From Nitrosopumilaceae archaeon (lineage in GTDB: Archaea > Thermoproteota > Nitrososphaeria > Nitrososphaerales > Nitrosopumilaceae), in NCBI GenBank assembly GCA_965214835.1, contig CBDCCK010000002.1, positions 1,824,001-1,888,000 on the forward strand: 64,000 nucleotides of DNA, in the 5' to 3' direction. Of the stretch, positions 1-9,248 are shown one piece after another (position 1 is the stretch's first letter; each line of letters begins with the position of its first letter). A model generated the notes under the pieces. That model saw only the letters and a program-made list of their open reading frames with translations. It was not told the DNA's origin and ran no database searches. A program made the translations under genes and the position numbers.

Positions 1-7
1 AAATGAC

Positions 8-95
8 GTTGGCGTTGGCAAGCCCACCGAGCTGATGCCTCGGCGAGTGGCCCCTACACGGGCCGTTCATGCGGGTTCAACTCCCGTCGCCAACG
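8..95 (+). tRNA. Degenerate copy of atypical long-variable-arm tRNA(GAU); 7-nt deletion in D-arm
   Basis: Same as 2707-2801 except loss of 7 nt in the D-arm and 3 loop substitutions. Acceptor GTTGGCG/CGCCAAC, anticodon stem CCGAG/CTCGG with loop CTGATGC, T-loop TTCAACT. Confidence 0.7.
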
Positions 96-103
96 CTATA
101 ATC

Positions 104-1737
104 GTATGTGGTCACCTACCCCTAGATTATTTTGGCCACCTCATCCATGATGGACTTGCCCTGCAGCTTCCATGTCGACACGCATGTATTGAGCCATCCA
201 TGCCTTTCCGTCCAGACCAGGCCGCCCTTGATCTGGCCGTTTATCTTGAATTGAAGTACGACGGGGCGCAGTGCCCGCTCTGCACCATTGTTGGTCGGCT
301 CGACACCCTCGTATTCCAGAAACGCAAACATGCACGGCAGGGCCCTGTGCATCCTCTTGAGAAGGGGCTCCAGCGGGCCGCCCCACGCACCAACGTATCC
401 GAACAGCATGTTCTGCATGTTGGTCTCAAACCGCCGGCGCAGCTCCGGCGAGTGCCGCCCCATCAGTCCGCCGGCACTGCTTATCCCCGTCCTCTCCTCG
501 AGCTCCCGGAGATCCTCCCCGGACAGCTTGTCCCAGCCCTCAAGACACTCCCTGGCATCCTTGAACAGCTGCTGCATCTGCCGGTACAGGACTCCTGCAA
601 ACAGCAGGGCACCCTTTTTCTGCGAGCCATACAGGAGGAACCGCAGCTCGTGCGCCCAGCACCGCTGGAGCCTTCCCAGCAGCCCGAACCTCTTGTATGC
701 GGGATATCCGTCCGATGTGACGACGCCCCCGTACCCGCCCATGTACTGGTCCAGGATCCGGGCGCTCCTGGTGTCTGCATATATCATGAACACGCCCACC
801 GCCGACAGCATGGCCCACGCCCATCCCAGCCTGCCTGCCAGGTTGATCCCCGTCTCGTCTATGCAGACCGTCTTTGAGCTTCTTACCTCCTCTGCGATGG
901 CCTCGGCAGGCGCCTTTGCGGCGTCGCAGACGCGTCCTATGCTGTTGATTGCAGTTGACTTTGACATGTGCACGCCCAGGATATCTGACATTATACCCGG
1001 GATCCTGTTGTGTGGGACGCCCTCACTGCGCAGCTTTGTGACGGCTGTGACCACGCTCGTGTCATAGCTGCCGCGTCGGGGCAGGCCGTCGGGGGCAGTA
1101 TGCATGGTGCCGCATTTCGGGCACACTGCCCTCTGTGTCTCGTGGCGCGTCTCGGTGTACTTTATCTTGAATCCTATCATGTCGCGCACCTGCGGCTTTT
1201 TCATGATCTCTGTGGTGGTGCCGCACTTGCACTCCGGCGCCCGTCCACCCGGAAAGCAGTGTTTCTGTACCCTGGGGGCCGGTGGGTGCGCGATACGCCC
1301 TTGTGGCCCTTCTGGCCGCCGGGCTTTTTTCTGTCCTCCCCGGTGCCGTCATCCCCAGCTGCAGCATCGGGCCGGGCCCTCTCCTTTCTCCTCTGCGCCT
1401 TTTGCCTCTTCCACTCCAGCGAGTCTGCCGACGGGGGCGAGTTCTCGTTCTCGTAGTACCGGAGCCGGTTGTCCTGCTCCCTGATGGTCTTGTCGCGCTT
1501 TTCAAGTGTCTTGTTTAGCCTTTCAATGGTCCTGCCCTGCTCCTCAATGATATTGTCACGCTCCTTGAGGTCCTTTTTTAGATTCCTTATCGTCTCCGTG
1601 GGCGATGCTGTAGATGCCTTGATCTCGTAGCATGCGGAGAGCTGACCTTTCACAATGCCTAGTCTACGCGATCATAGTATAAGGATCAGCACCGTCAGTA
1701 ATGTTTACCCTATTGTGAGGGGTAGGTGACCTCATAC
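104..1737 (-). mobile_element. IS66-family element
   Basis: TIRs GTATGTGGTCACCTACCC / GGGTAGGTGACCTCATAC; no matching TSD; paralog at 43139-44831. Confidence 0.9.
122..1653 (-). pseudogene. IS66 transposase split into two ORFs (1201-1653, 122-1204)
   Basis: NSPPSAD, KKPGGQKGHKG, IDETG, SDGY, QRCWAH and PTNNGAERALR motifs; frameshift near 1260. Confidence 0.85.
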
Positions 1738-2078
1738 GAACCCTACATTGCGAAGCTCCTTGATCTGCATTGCAGAGAGAAATGCGTACTTTTGCAGCCT
1801 GGTCATGCCCTCAACATAGTCATGCATTCCGATCAGAAATGCAGGAAGTTCCGAACACTCAATCATGCGCGACACCCGATCCCATACCCGTATGTTCCTC
1901 CACGGCTGAATTAAATGGTTTCATCTGGATTATCCGTCCCTTCATAACCAAGTATTGTAAGACTGCGGGGTATTTATTGCCGTTTTTCATCCTGTCTTCG
2001 CAGATGTAACCCGGCTCGTGGCCGTGCTGACGGTGACGTGCGGATCTACCTGCAGTCCAGACCGCGCTTTAAATCCGC

Positions 2079-2501
2079 ATGAAGAACTTCAAAGCACTGA
2101 TGATCGAGATACTGCTGTCAATTGCAGGGGGAATCATAGTTGTCATAATAGTGGATGTCGCTCGTGCAGCAATCAGGAAAATAAAAAGAGGCGGGGAGAT
2201 ATCCGATCTCCGAAGGTCTTTCAAGCAAATTAAGGTGCGCATAAAGCCTGTTCCGGGTGACAGTGGCAAGCTGTTTGGGAATAACGAATGGTTTGAACGC
2301 TTCCAGTCTGAGCTGCAGGGTGTCATAGTAGAGGTGACGCATTCTGAGAATCTAAGAACCGATCAACATCGAAAGTTGGTGCGCATGATAGACAAGAGGC
2401 TGTACGTGCTTGAGAATTTTCCATATGACCGGCCACCGGCGGAAGTCTATGGACAATTCTTTGCAGACCTGAAAGGACTCCGGTGGCTGGGCCTGGAATA
2501 G
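2079..2501 (+). CDS. Hypothetical protein with N-terminal membrane anchor
   Basis: 140 aa ATG ORF with hydrophobic N-terminal helix; lies between the two tRNA copies. Confidence 0.65.
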   Translation: MKNFKALMIEILLSIAGGIIVVIIVDVARAAIRKIKRGGEISDLRRSFKQIKVRIKPVPGDSGKLFGNNEWFERFQSELQGVIVEVTHSENLRTDQHRKLVRMIDKRLYVLENFPYDRPPAEVYGQFFADLKGLRWLGLE

Positions 2502-2675
2502 TGCCGCGTGCGGCGGTTCTGCATGTCATGTTCGTGATGCGTCAGGTTACATCCCGCTCACGGGTTCAGACGGCATTGCAGCCGAGAAAACCCGTACAGC
2601 CCGGACGGCGTTGAGTCTGTCAGTCCGTACTACAATGCCGTCCCTTAACTGTTCCCCGAAATCCCACTTTTGTAA

Positions 2676-2686
2676 TCTAATATACA
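2676..2686 (+). promoter_or_regulatory. Putative archaeal TATA box for the tRNA
   Basis: AT-rich CTAATATACA about 25 nt upstream of 2707. Confidence 0.35.
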
Positions 2687-2706
2687 ATGCAGGCCCAAAA
2701 AATGAC

Positions 2707-2801
2707 GTTGGCGTTGGGCATTGGCAAGCCCACCGAGCTGATACCTCGGCGAGTGGCCCCGAGACGGGCCGTTCATGCGGGTTCAACTCCCGTCGCCAAC
2801 G
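2707..2801 (+). tRNA. Atypical class II tRNA: anticodon GAU (Ile), 9-bp variable arm, G73
   Basis: Full cloverleaf folded by hand: 7-bp acceptor, D-stem GGGC/GCCC with loop ATTGGCAA, anticodon arm CCGAG-CTGATAC-CTCGG, V-stem GAGTGGCCC/GGGCCGTTC, T-arm GCGGG-TTCAACT-CCCGT. Confidence 0.85.
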
Positions 2802-2848
2802 CTATAATCTATCCAGACATTCTATAAAAAAGTAGGGATCTGACAGTT

Positions 2849-4347
2849 GTACGAGGTCACGTTCCTAAACCAGTTTCATGACCTCGTCTGCTACGGATCT
2901 GCCCCTTGCCCTCCATGTCAGTATGCACGTCATAAACCACGACCACCTCCTCATCCAGAGTTCCCCTCCCTTGATCTGCCCGCTTATCTTGCGGAAGACG
3001 ACGGCGTAACGGAGGGCACGCTCTGCGGCGTTGTTTGTGGGATGCACGTTGTCGTGCTCCAGGAACGTAAACAGGTGCGGCAGCGAGCTTGTCAGTCTGC
3101 GCAGTACCGGGCCCAGGACGGGGTCGTCCGTGCTTTCCCGGTACCCGAACAGTATGTTGCGCAGCCAGGACTCGAACCTTCTGCGCAGATCCTTGCCCCT
3201 GTCCTTCCTCCTTGCCCTGACGGCGCTGCGGTACAGCTGCCGAAGCTGCTCGTACAGTATTCCCGCAAACAGCGGGGCGCCCTGCTTTTGCGCCGCGTAT
3301 TTTGATACGCGCAGCTCGTGCGACCAGCACAGCTGGTGTCTGTCCTCCCCGTTGAACCTGTCATACACCGAATATTTGTCAGATGTCACTATTCTGCCAT
3401 ACTTGTCCATGTGCCTGTCCAGGAACAGTGCGCCCCTGCTCGTATTGTACTTGACAAACACGCCGTTGTCCGTCTCGGCAGTCCATGTCCATATGCGACT
3501 GCCGTTCATGTTGGCCGCAGTCTCGTCTATTCTGACGTTGGATGATCTCTTGATGCCGCCCAGGATCGCGCCTGACGGCTTTTGCATAGAGTCGCATACC
3601 CCTCCGATCATGTTGATTACGGTAGATTTGGCGATGCTCCTGCCGGTAAAATCCTTGAGCGTGTCTGCCACGGACTGCAGCGGCATGTGCCTTGCGCGCA
3701 AGGCAGACACAAGGGAGATCATGTGCTTGCCGTACCTGCCCCTCCTTGGGAGTCCGTCGTCTGCTGATATCATAATGCCGCACAGTCTGCATGTGGCACG
3801 CTCGGTTATGTGTCGCGTCTCTGTCATCCGGACCGGTTCAAAGTCGATGATGTTCCGTATCAGGGCAGTTATGTCCATGGCCCTCCCGCACATGCACACC
3901 GGCGAGCACGTCCCGTCGTTGTCCTGGAACGTGTGAAGCACCGTCTTCTGGGGGTCGTGTCTTCTGGATGTCCCCTTGTGGCCCCTCTGGCCTCCCGGCT
4001 TTTTGCCGGTGCCACTGTTGCTACCGTTGCCACGGTTACTGGCCCTCTCCCTTTTCCGCTGCGCCTTTTGCCTCTTGTACTCTAGTGATTCTGCAGACGG
4101 TGGCGAGTTCTCGTTCTCGTAGTACCGGAGCCGCCTGCCTTGCTCCTCGATTATCCTGTTCGCTGCCTTTTGGTTATTTTCTAGCGTGCTTATTCTGTCT
4201 GTGAATGATACAATTGTGGCCTCTAGTTCGCGGTATGTGGGTCGACGGCCTTTCATGTTGATGCTATACAGGCATCGTATTTGATCAGCATGATCGCAAT
4301 ATGTTAAGCAGGTTGTCAAAACACGTCAAAACTAGGTGACCTCGTAC
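2849..4347 (-). mobile_element. IS66-family element, intact
   Basis: TIRs GTACGAGGTCAC / GTGACCTCGTAC; 8-bp TSD TGACAGTT at 2841-2848 and 4348-4355. Confidence 0.95.
2865..4256 (-). CDS. IS66 transposase (single ORF)
   Basis: NSPPSAES, KKPGGQRGHKG, IDET, HQLCWSH and PTNNAAERALR motifs; likely start MKGRRPTY. Confidence 0.92.
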   Translation of the reverse strand: MKGRRPTYRELEATIVSFTDRISTLENNQKAANRIIEEQGRRLRYYENENSPPSAESLEYKRQKAQRKRERASNRGNGSNSGTGKKPGGQRGHKGTSRRHDPQKTVLHTFQDNDGTCSPVCMCGRAMDITALIRNIIDFEPVRMTETRHITERATCRLCGIMISADDGLPRRGRYGKHMISLVSALRARHMPLQSVADTLKDFTGRSIAKSTVINMIGGVCDSMQKPSGAILGGIKRSSNVRIDETAANMNGSRIWTWTAETDNGVFVKYNTSRGALFLDRHMDKYGRIVTSDKYSVYDRFNGEDRHQLCWSHELRVSKYAAQKQGAPLFAGILYEQLRQLYRSAVRARRKDRGKDLRRRFESWLRNILFGYRESTDDPVLGPVLRRLTSSLPHLFTFLEHDNVHPTNNAAERALRYAVVFRKISGQIKGGELWMRRWSWFMTCILTWRARGRSVADEVMKLV

Positions 4348-4399
4348 TGACAGTTTACAGCTGACACCGGATGCTGCCGCATCCCTGCGCGGCATATCG

Positions 4400-4680
4400 G
4401 TTTCCGTCGTGCATGGTTTGAGCCTGACGGCAGAGACTAGCCGCGCGTACGGGTTGATCTCGAATCCCGCCGTCCTGCATCCTGCAAGGTCCGCCTCCAC
4501 CAGCGTCGTGCCCACCCCTGCAAAGGGGTCAAGTATGGTATCTGCGTCCCCTGCAAACCTGGTGATTGCATCCGCCGCAAAGTGCTTGGAGAATCCTGCC
4601 ACCCATCCAGTCCAGCGGTGCACCGGCTCGTCCCTGTTGGCGGCAAAGGCGGGATCGCAGAATCCTGCCGCGCCGTGCAC
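4400..4680 (-). pseudogene. DNA methyltransferase (N4/N6) N-terminal fragment
   Basis: PVHRW..W.AGFS, ILDPFAGVGTTLVEA and GFEINP motifs; truncated. Confidence 0.75.
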
Positions 4681-4812
4681 CTGTCCTGCAAGCCTGGCCC
4701 CATGCCATGTACTGGCGCACTGTGCTTAAAATCCTTTCAGCGGAATGACTACAAACCCGTTGTTTCATGCAAGGTGTGATCACGGTATCCATTGGTGTAT
4801 GACATATTTCAG

Positions 4813-4943
4813 TCATGGTGCAACACAGTCCAGTAAAAACACGTCATGTGCAAGCACAAACAGCAGAGGAGGAACTGCAAGAGCCCACAACCCTAATTGC
4901 ATGCGATGTAGCGCGTCTTGGGTCGCCTTTTGCATTTTCATAT
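4813..4943 (-). CDS. Possible small membrane peptide
   Basis: MKMQKATQDALHRMQLGLWALAVPPLLFVLA; single hydrophobic helix; start approximate. Confidence 0.3.
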
Positions 4944-5063
4944 CATCGATTAGATGATCCCTGTTGGCCTTTGAGATTGCCGGAAATGACGTATTCTGAT
5001 CCGTATTCACGCATGCTGGCAGGTTTGCCATTCCACTTTGTTGAATGAAAAATTAATTTTGGC

Positions 5064-5162
5064 CTATTCAGAGCCCTGATACTTGTCACTGTTTGGATCC
5101 ATTTGTTGTGAGTGGTTGTCCAGATCGGCCTTGTCTCCCTTGCCCTTGTATTTTTTACCCAT
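5064..5162 (-). CDS. 32-aa small protein MGKKYKGKGDKADLDNHSQQMDPNSDKYQGSE
   Basis: ATG ORF with TTATAAA TATA-like box upstream on the minus strand. Confidence 0.5.
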   Translation of the reverse strand: MGKKYKGKGDKADLDNHSQQMDPNSDKYQGSE

Positions 5163-5325
5163 GGTGTTTGTTCGTGTGAATGGTTTATAAGGATTCCATG
5201 GCGAATGCGCGAGGACGATAAGAACTGATGACTCTGGATCGCGCAATGCCGTGCTCCCGGCACTGCTTGGCGGGGATCCTGTGAGCCATTCCTCGCTTAA
5301 ATTCTACGGCGCATCATGTCGGCAT

Positions 5326-5577
5326 ATGTCACTTGGAAGGCTTGCCGCAACGGCCCGTACCGTCAGCGGCAAGGCAGACCGCAGCTGGAAAATACTCGTT
5401 TACAGATTTGGCTACCTGAGGGTGGTGGCACTCGTAATCGTGGCCCTGTATGTGGCGCTTCTCTTGTCCCTCGGCCTTATCTGGGAACCTGCCGCTGAGC
5501 GGTACCTGATGGCCGCAAGCTACGGGATGGTTGTTTTTGCCGTCTGCATCGCGTGGTCACACCTTCTCAAATCATAA
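5326..5577 (+). CDS. Small 2-TM membrane protein, paralog A
   Basis: Two hydrophobic helices; shares promoter region and N-terminus (SLGRLAA.ARTV) with 5677-5958. Confidence 0.6.
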   Translation: MSLGRLAATARTVSGKADRSWKILVYRFGYLRVVALVIVALYVALLLSLGLIWEPAAERYLMAASYGMVVFAVCIAWSHLLKS

Positions 5578-5676
5578 TGCGATGGGATCCAGGGCTCAAG
5601 ACTGCACAGGCCGCGCTTCCGGCCCGACAAAGAATCAGACCACGGATCATTCCCCGCTTAAATGCAAAGGCACATC

Positions 5677-5958
5677 ATGTTGGCATTGTCACTTGGAAGG
5701 CTTGCCGCAATGGCCCGCACCGTCCGCGACAGGGCGTGCGGCACATGGTATATGTCGTTTGACAGGTTTCTCGTCCTGATAGCGGTGATGTTTAGAGCCC
5801 TTGCCCTGTCCACAATGTCCTTCTCGTCCCTGGTTCTGTCCTATGAGCCGCCGTGCAACTCCTGGTATGTGCATTGCGCGGCCGTGGCATACGGGATGAT
5901 TCTTGCCATCATCTGCGTTGCGGCGGCAGTCGCCATCAAATCACCCCTCCCGAAATAA
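5677..5958 (+). CDS. Small 2-TM membrane protein, paralog B
   Basis: Tandem paralog; conserved EP and YGM motifs. Confidence 0.55.
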   Translation: MLALSLGRLAAMARTVRDRACGTWYMSFDRFLVLIAVMFRALALSTMSFSSLVLSYEPPCNSWYVHCAAVAYGMILAIICVAAAVAIKSPLPK

Positions 5959-6131
5959 CAGTGTATTATATGAAAAGTCGATCCGCTAGTCATCTGTGTC
6001 CCTCCATCCATTTTGGGTCTTTTTTTCTGATCGCATCGGTGGCCTCCCTGGCATAGAAGGCCCATAGTGGCGTCTCGTAACTGTCGATGCCCAGCGACCA
6101 GTACAGCCTTCCTCGTTATAGCCGATACATG

Positions 6132-7216
6132 AGAAGCAATCCGTAATTAAATTACGAGTGGCAGGTTGCAGTTGTTTTCTGCCGTGTTTTTCAGGCCACA
6201 GCGGCTATCCGTTCCAGTATCCTCAGGTTGACCAGCCCGCACACGATACTGTTGGCCAGATCGTACTTTCTGAGCCTGTTTCTGTACTTGTAGCTCATTA
6301 TCTTGAATGTCTTGACCCTGCGTATGCCATTCTCCACGTACACCCGTATCTTTGAGTGTGTTCTGTTGTACTCTTTTTCATCGTCGGTCAGCTTGCCGCC
6401 AGGACTCTTCTTGATTGGAAGTATAACCTTCGTCCCTGCATCGATGTGCTGCGCACCCTGGTATCCGCGATCCATATAGTGCCGCAGCTCCTCGCCGTCC
6501 TCCTCACCGCTCCAGAACGTGGGGTGCTTCATCTGGTATATCTTGACGTCGTTTACGCGCCCCGGCGAGTGCGGGGTCTTGTGCACTATGGCACCGTGTA
6601 TGTTGACCGTATACTGGACCTTGGCCGTGTGCGTGCCTGCCTTGCCCGAATAGTGCGACTTTTCCATGTCCTTTCTCTTGGGCCTGTTTGTGGGCTGCTC
6701 GGAGGCGTCAGTCAGGCACACCATCCCCGGGAAGATCTCGGCCAGCTCCTCGACTGAGGAGATCCTCTTGGAGTCCTTGTAGATCTTCTCGGGGATCGGC
6801 AGGCATTGTTTTAGCAGGGGCTCAGTCAGGCTTATGGAGCGCGAGACCGACGCCTGTCCTATACCGAACATGGCGCCAGCCACGTCCTGGGAGACGTACG
6901 TCCTGTAGTAGAACAAGACCAGCAGTACGCGGTTCCTCAGATCCAGGGCAAAGGGCCTGCCTGCGCCTATATCCCGCACACGGTCGGGCCTTGAGAGCCT
7001 CTTCTTCTCGGTATCTGGAAATTTCTTTTGCACCTCGGTACACAGCTGGTCAAACTCTGCCTCGGTCATTCCTGCAAACATCCGGAACGTCCGTGGGTTT
7101 TTTGTCAGTCTATCGATCAAACACATGATTTGTACATGGTTTTACAGGTATTTTGATCCGTCAGGCATAGATTAGTGCCCAAGTGGGTCAAAATCTGCTA
7201 ATTAAGAATCGCTTCT
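6132..7216 (-). mobile_element. IS5-family element, intact
   Basis: TIRs AGAAGCAATCCGTAATT / AATTAAGAATCGCTTCT; 3-bp TSD ATG; near-identical copy at 41035-42119. Confidence 0.92.
6191..7126 (-). CDS. IS5-family transposase (HTH + DDE_Tnp_4-like)
   Basis: GAGRPF.L, DASEQ, YSGK, DRGYQG and RVYVENGI motifs. Confidence 0.92.
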   Translation of the reverse strand: MCLIDRLTKNPRTFRMFAGMTEAEFDQLCTEVQKKFPDTEKKRLSRPDRVRDIGAGRPFALDLRNRVLLVLFYYRTYVSQDVAGAMFGIGQASVSRSISLTEPLLKQCLPIPEKIYKDSKRISSVEELAEIFPGMVCLTDASEQPTNRPKRKDMEKSHYSGKAGTHTAKVQYTVNIHGAIVHKTPHSPGRVNDVKIYQMKHPTFWSGEEDGEELRHYMDRGYQGAQHIDAGTKVILPIKKSPGGKLTDDEKEYNRTHSKIRVYVENGIRRVKTFKIMSYKYRNRLRKYDLANSIVCGLVNLRILERIAAVA

Positions 7217-7474
7217 ATGGAGACAGGCTCTCGTGGTTCCATATCTCCCCCTCGATGCTCCGGTGGGGGCGCTCCAGCTTGCCGCTGGCCTGCGGGTGGT
7301 AGGACTCGGAGTTTATCAGCCCGATTCCGCAGTAGAGCAGCTCCTCCTAAGGTAGTGAACCTCCACCCCGGAAACCCCGATCGAGTATGATCTGCTCCTA
7401 TAGTCAGATGCGGCTTCCAGGGCGCGAGCTGTTACGCGACATGCCAAGATTTCCTTTTACATGCACGTGAGGCA

Positions 7475-8194
7475 TCATTTACTCTTGGCGCTGTCACGAT
7501 ACCACGGATCATATCCCAGCCTGTCCAGCATGTGTTCCCACGATTGGAATTCCCCCTCGTACTGCGATACGGTAAATTCAGAGTGCTCCTCAATGTCTTC
7601 TTTTGTGGGGGTGCGACCGACATCCAGTTTTACGCGCTCAAACTCTACTATCATGGATATCTTGTTTGGCGGATCCACCGTCTTTGCAAGCCTGACTAGT
7701 ACGTCGATGCCGGTTCCAAACTCCTCCTCAATGTCAATCCTTGTAGCTCCTGTAGGCAGAAAATATTCGTGGCCGCCTGGGACGTGTTCTGATTCTTTTC
7801 TTACGATGCCTCGTCCAAGATCCCTCAGCATGTACGCACGGCGCTTGCTAAAGTATGACAAATCTGGATCATCATGTCCTCCGTTGTATGACGCACGAAG
7901 CCTTGCCTTGTATTCTATGTTTCTTGGGTTTCTTCGCACCCTGTAATTACAACAGTTGCAGTACCATCCAATCGACTCTTCAGTGGCCGGACTGCCGTCT
8001 TTGAGGCGTGCACCCCTGTAATCAATCCACACATCGCACATCTGGCAGTGCCCCTGTCCAGCGTTGTACCTGCCTCCTTGTGGCGGCTTTTTTACCCTGA
8101 ATTTTTTGCATGCCCCCTTGCATATCCTCTTTGATTTCACGGAATACGGTTGATCGTGTGAATATATGAGAATTTGTTCAAGTACTGCAACCAC
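7475..8194 (-). CDS. Thaumarchaeal-type Cys-rich Zn-finger fused to homing-endonuclease-associated-type repeat
   Basis: CKGAC, GRY..GQ..CQMCD.WI and CNCC.YR.R..PRN; C-terminal GRTPT....Y...F.SW...L motif. Confidence 0.65.
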   Translation of the reverse strand: MVAVLEQILIYSHDQPYSVKSKRICKGACKKFRVKKPPQGGRYNAGQGHCQMCDVWIDYRGARLKDGSPATEESIGWYCNCCNYRVRRNPRNIEYKARLRASYNGGHDDPDLSYFSKRRAYMLRDLGRGIVRKESEHVPGGHEYFLPTGATRIDIEEEFGTGIDVLVRLAKTVDPPNKISMIVEFERVKLDVGRTPTKEDIEEHSEFTVSQYEGEFQSWEHMLDRLGYDPWYRDSAKSK

Positions 8195-8318
8195 TGGTTT
8201 GATGCTGCAACCACAACTGTTGGGTACACAAGATCATCTGTTTTTACGCGTTCAGGCACGGCCGTATGACAACTGTCAAATCAGGCAGTTTTAATAAACA
8301 CGGCCCGTATCAGACATC

Positions 8319-9248
8319 GTGGCAATAGAGCGGCTGGGATGCGAGGAGATCGACCCCAGTCTCATATTCAGGAGCCGCTCGGAGGCAAGACAGCAAAAGG
8401 TAGATGTGGATGTGGGAGAGCTTGCCGCAAGCATAAGGTCGCAGGGCCTGTTGGAGCCAATACACTTAGTAGAGATCGAAGGGGGCAAAAGCTACGAGCT
8501 GATAGACGGCCAGAGGCGGTACCTGGCATTCTTGATGCTCGGGAAAGACAGCCCCCAAAGGTTCTCAAGGATTCCAAGCTTTGTATACAAGAACACCATG
8601 GAGGACTGGGAAAAAAAGACAATGTCGCTACATGCAAACCTCTCCCGGGCCCCGCTTACAGACAGCGATAAGATAAACGCGACTACCGTAGTCTACAATC
8701 ACTTTAACAGCATAAGAAAGACGGCAGAGGCCACCGGGTTCTCAGAGTCTGCTATCAGGAGACACGTGCACGCTGCACGCCTGCCAGAGGAGCTAAGGGA
8801 CAGAGTGGAAGAGGGCCACATCTCCGTCAGTACAGCCCTAGAGACGGCGGATCTGTACGGATACGATCCGGGAGATCCCAAAAAGGCAGACATGGCAGGC
8901 ATGCTATCTGTGGCCGAGGCCATGCAAAAGCTTGCAGTAAGGCAGAAAAGACACGTCAGGGAGATAAGGCAGGAACACCCAGATAGGGACATGCACGACA
9001 TAATCTCGGATGTAAAGTCCAAAAGACGCACCAAGTACGACATTACGGTTACGGTTGAATCCGACACCATGGAGAGGATCGACGCCTACAGGGAGAGAAA
9101 CAGGACTAGGACGACTCTAACTGCCGCGGCGGATCTCATACAGGACGGTTGGCCTCAAACGAGATGTGATCATGCTGCACGACACCCGGCGGCTGGCAGG
9201 GCCCAGAGCTCAGCATGGGGACTAGGACGCACGGCCAAAGGTTCATGA
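8319..9248 (+). CDS. ParB/Srx-family protein (true 3' end may be ~9169 if 1-nt indel)
   Basis: LAASIRSQGLLEPI, YELIDGQRRYLA, then an HTH. Confidence 0.85.
   Translation: MAIERLGCEEIDPSLIFRSRSEARQQKVDVDVGELAASIRSQGLLEPIHLVEIEGGKSYELIDGQRRYLAFLMLGKDSPQRFSRIPSFVYKNTMEDWEKKTMSLHANLSRAPLTDSDKINATTVVYNHFNSIRKTAEATGFSESAIRRHVHAARLPEELRDRVEEGHISVSTALETADLYGYDPGDPKKADMAGMLSVAEAMQKLAVRQKRHVREIRQEHPDRDMHDIISDVKSKRRTKYDITVTVESDTMERIDAYRERNRTRTTLTAAADLIQDGWPQTRCDHAARHPAAGRAQSSAWGLGRTAKGS

Larger units (their letters stand above)
5962..7350 (-). mobile_element. IS481-like remnant interrupted by IS5
   Basis: TGT terminus TGTATTATATGAAAAGTCG (also near 34183); minus strand 7217-7345 encodes GIGLINSESYHPQASGKLERPHRSIEGE (integrase core). 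Confidence 0.65.

Noticed and set aside
35-1518. Long plus-strand ORFs over the IS66 (and similar shadow ORFs over other IS and GC-rich genes)
   Set aside because: Antisense or off-frame shadows of recognisable genes.
2707-2801. tRNA-Sec or tRNA-Pyl
   Set aside because: Anticodon is GAU and the fold is 7/5 with a 4-bp D-stem.
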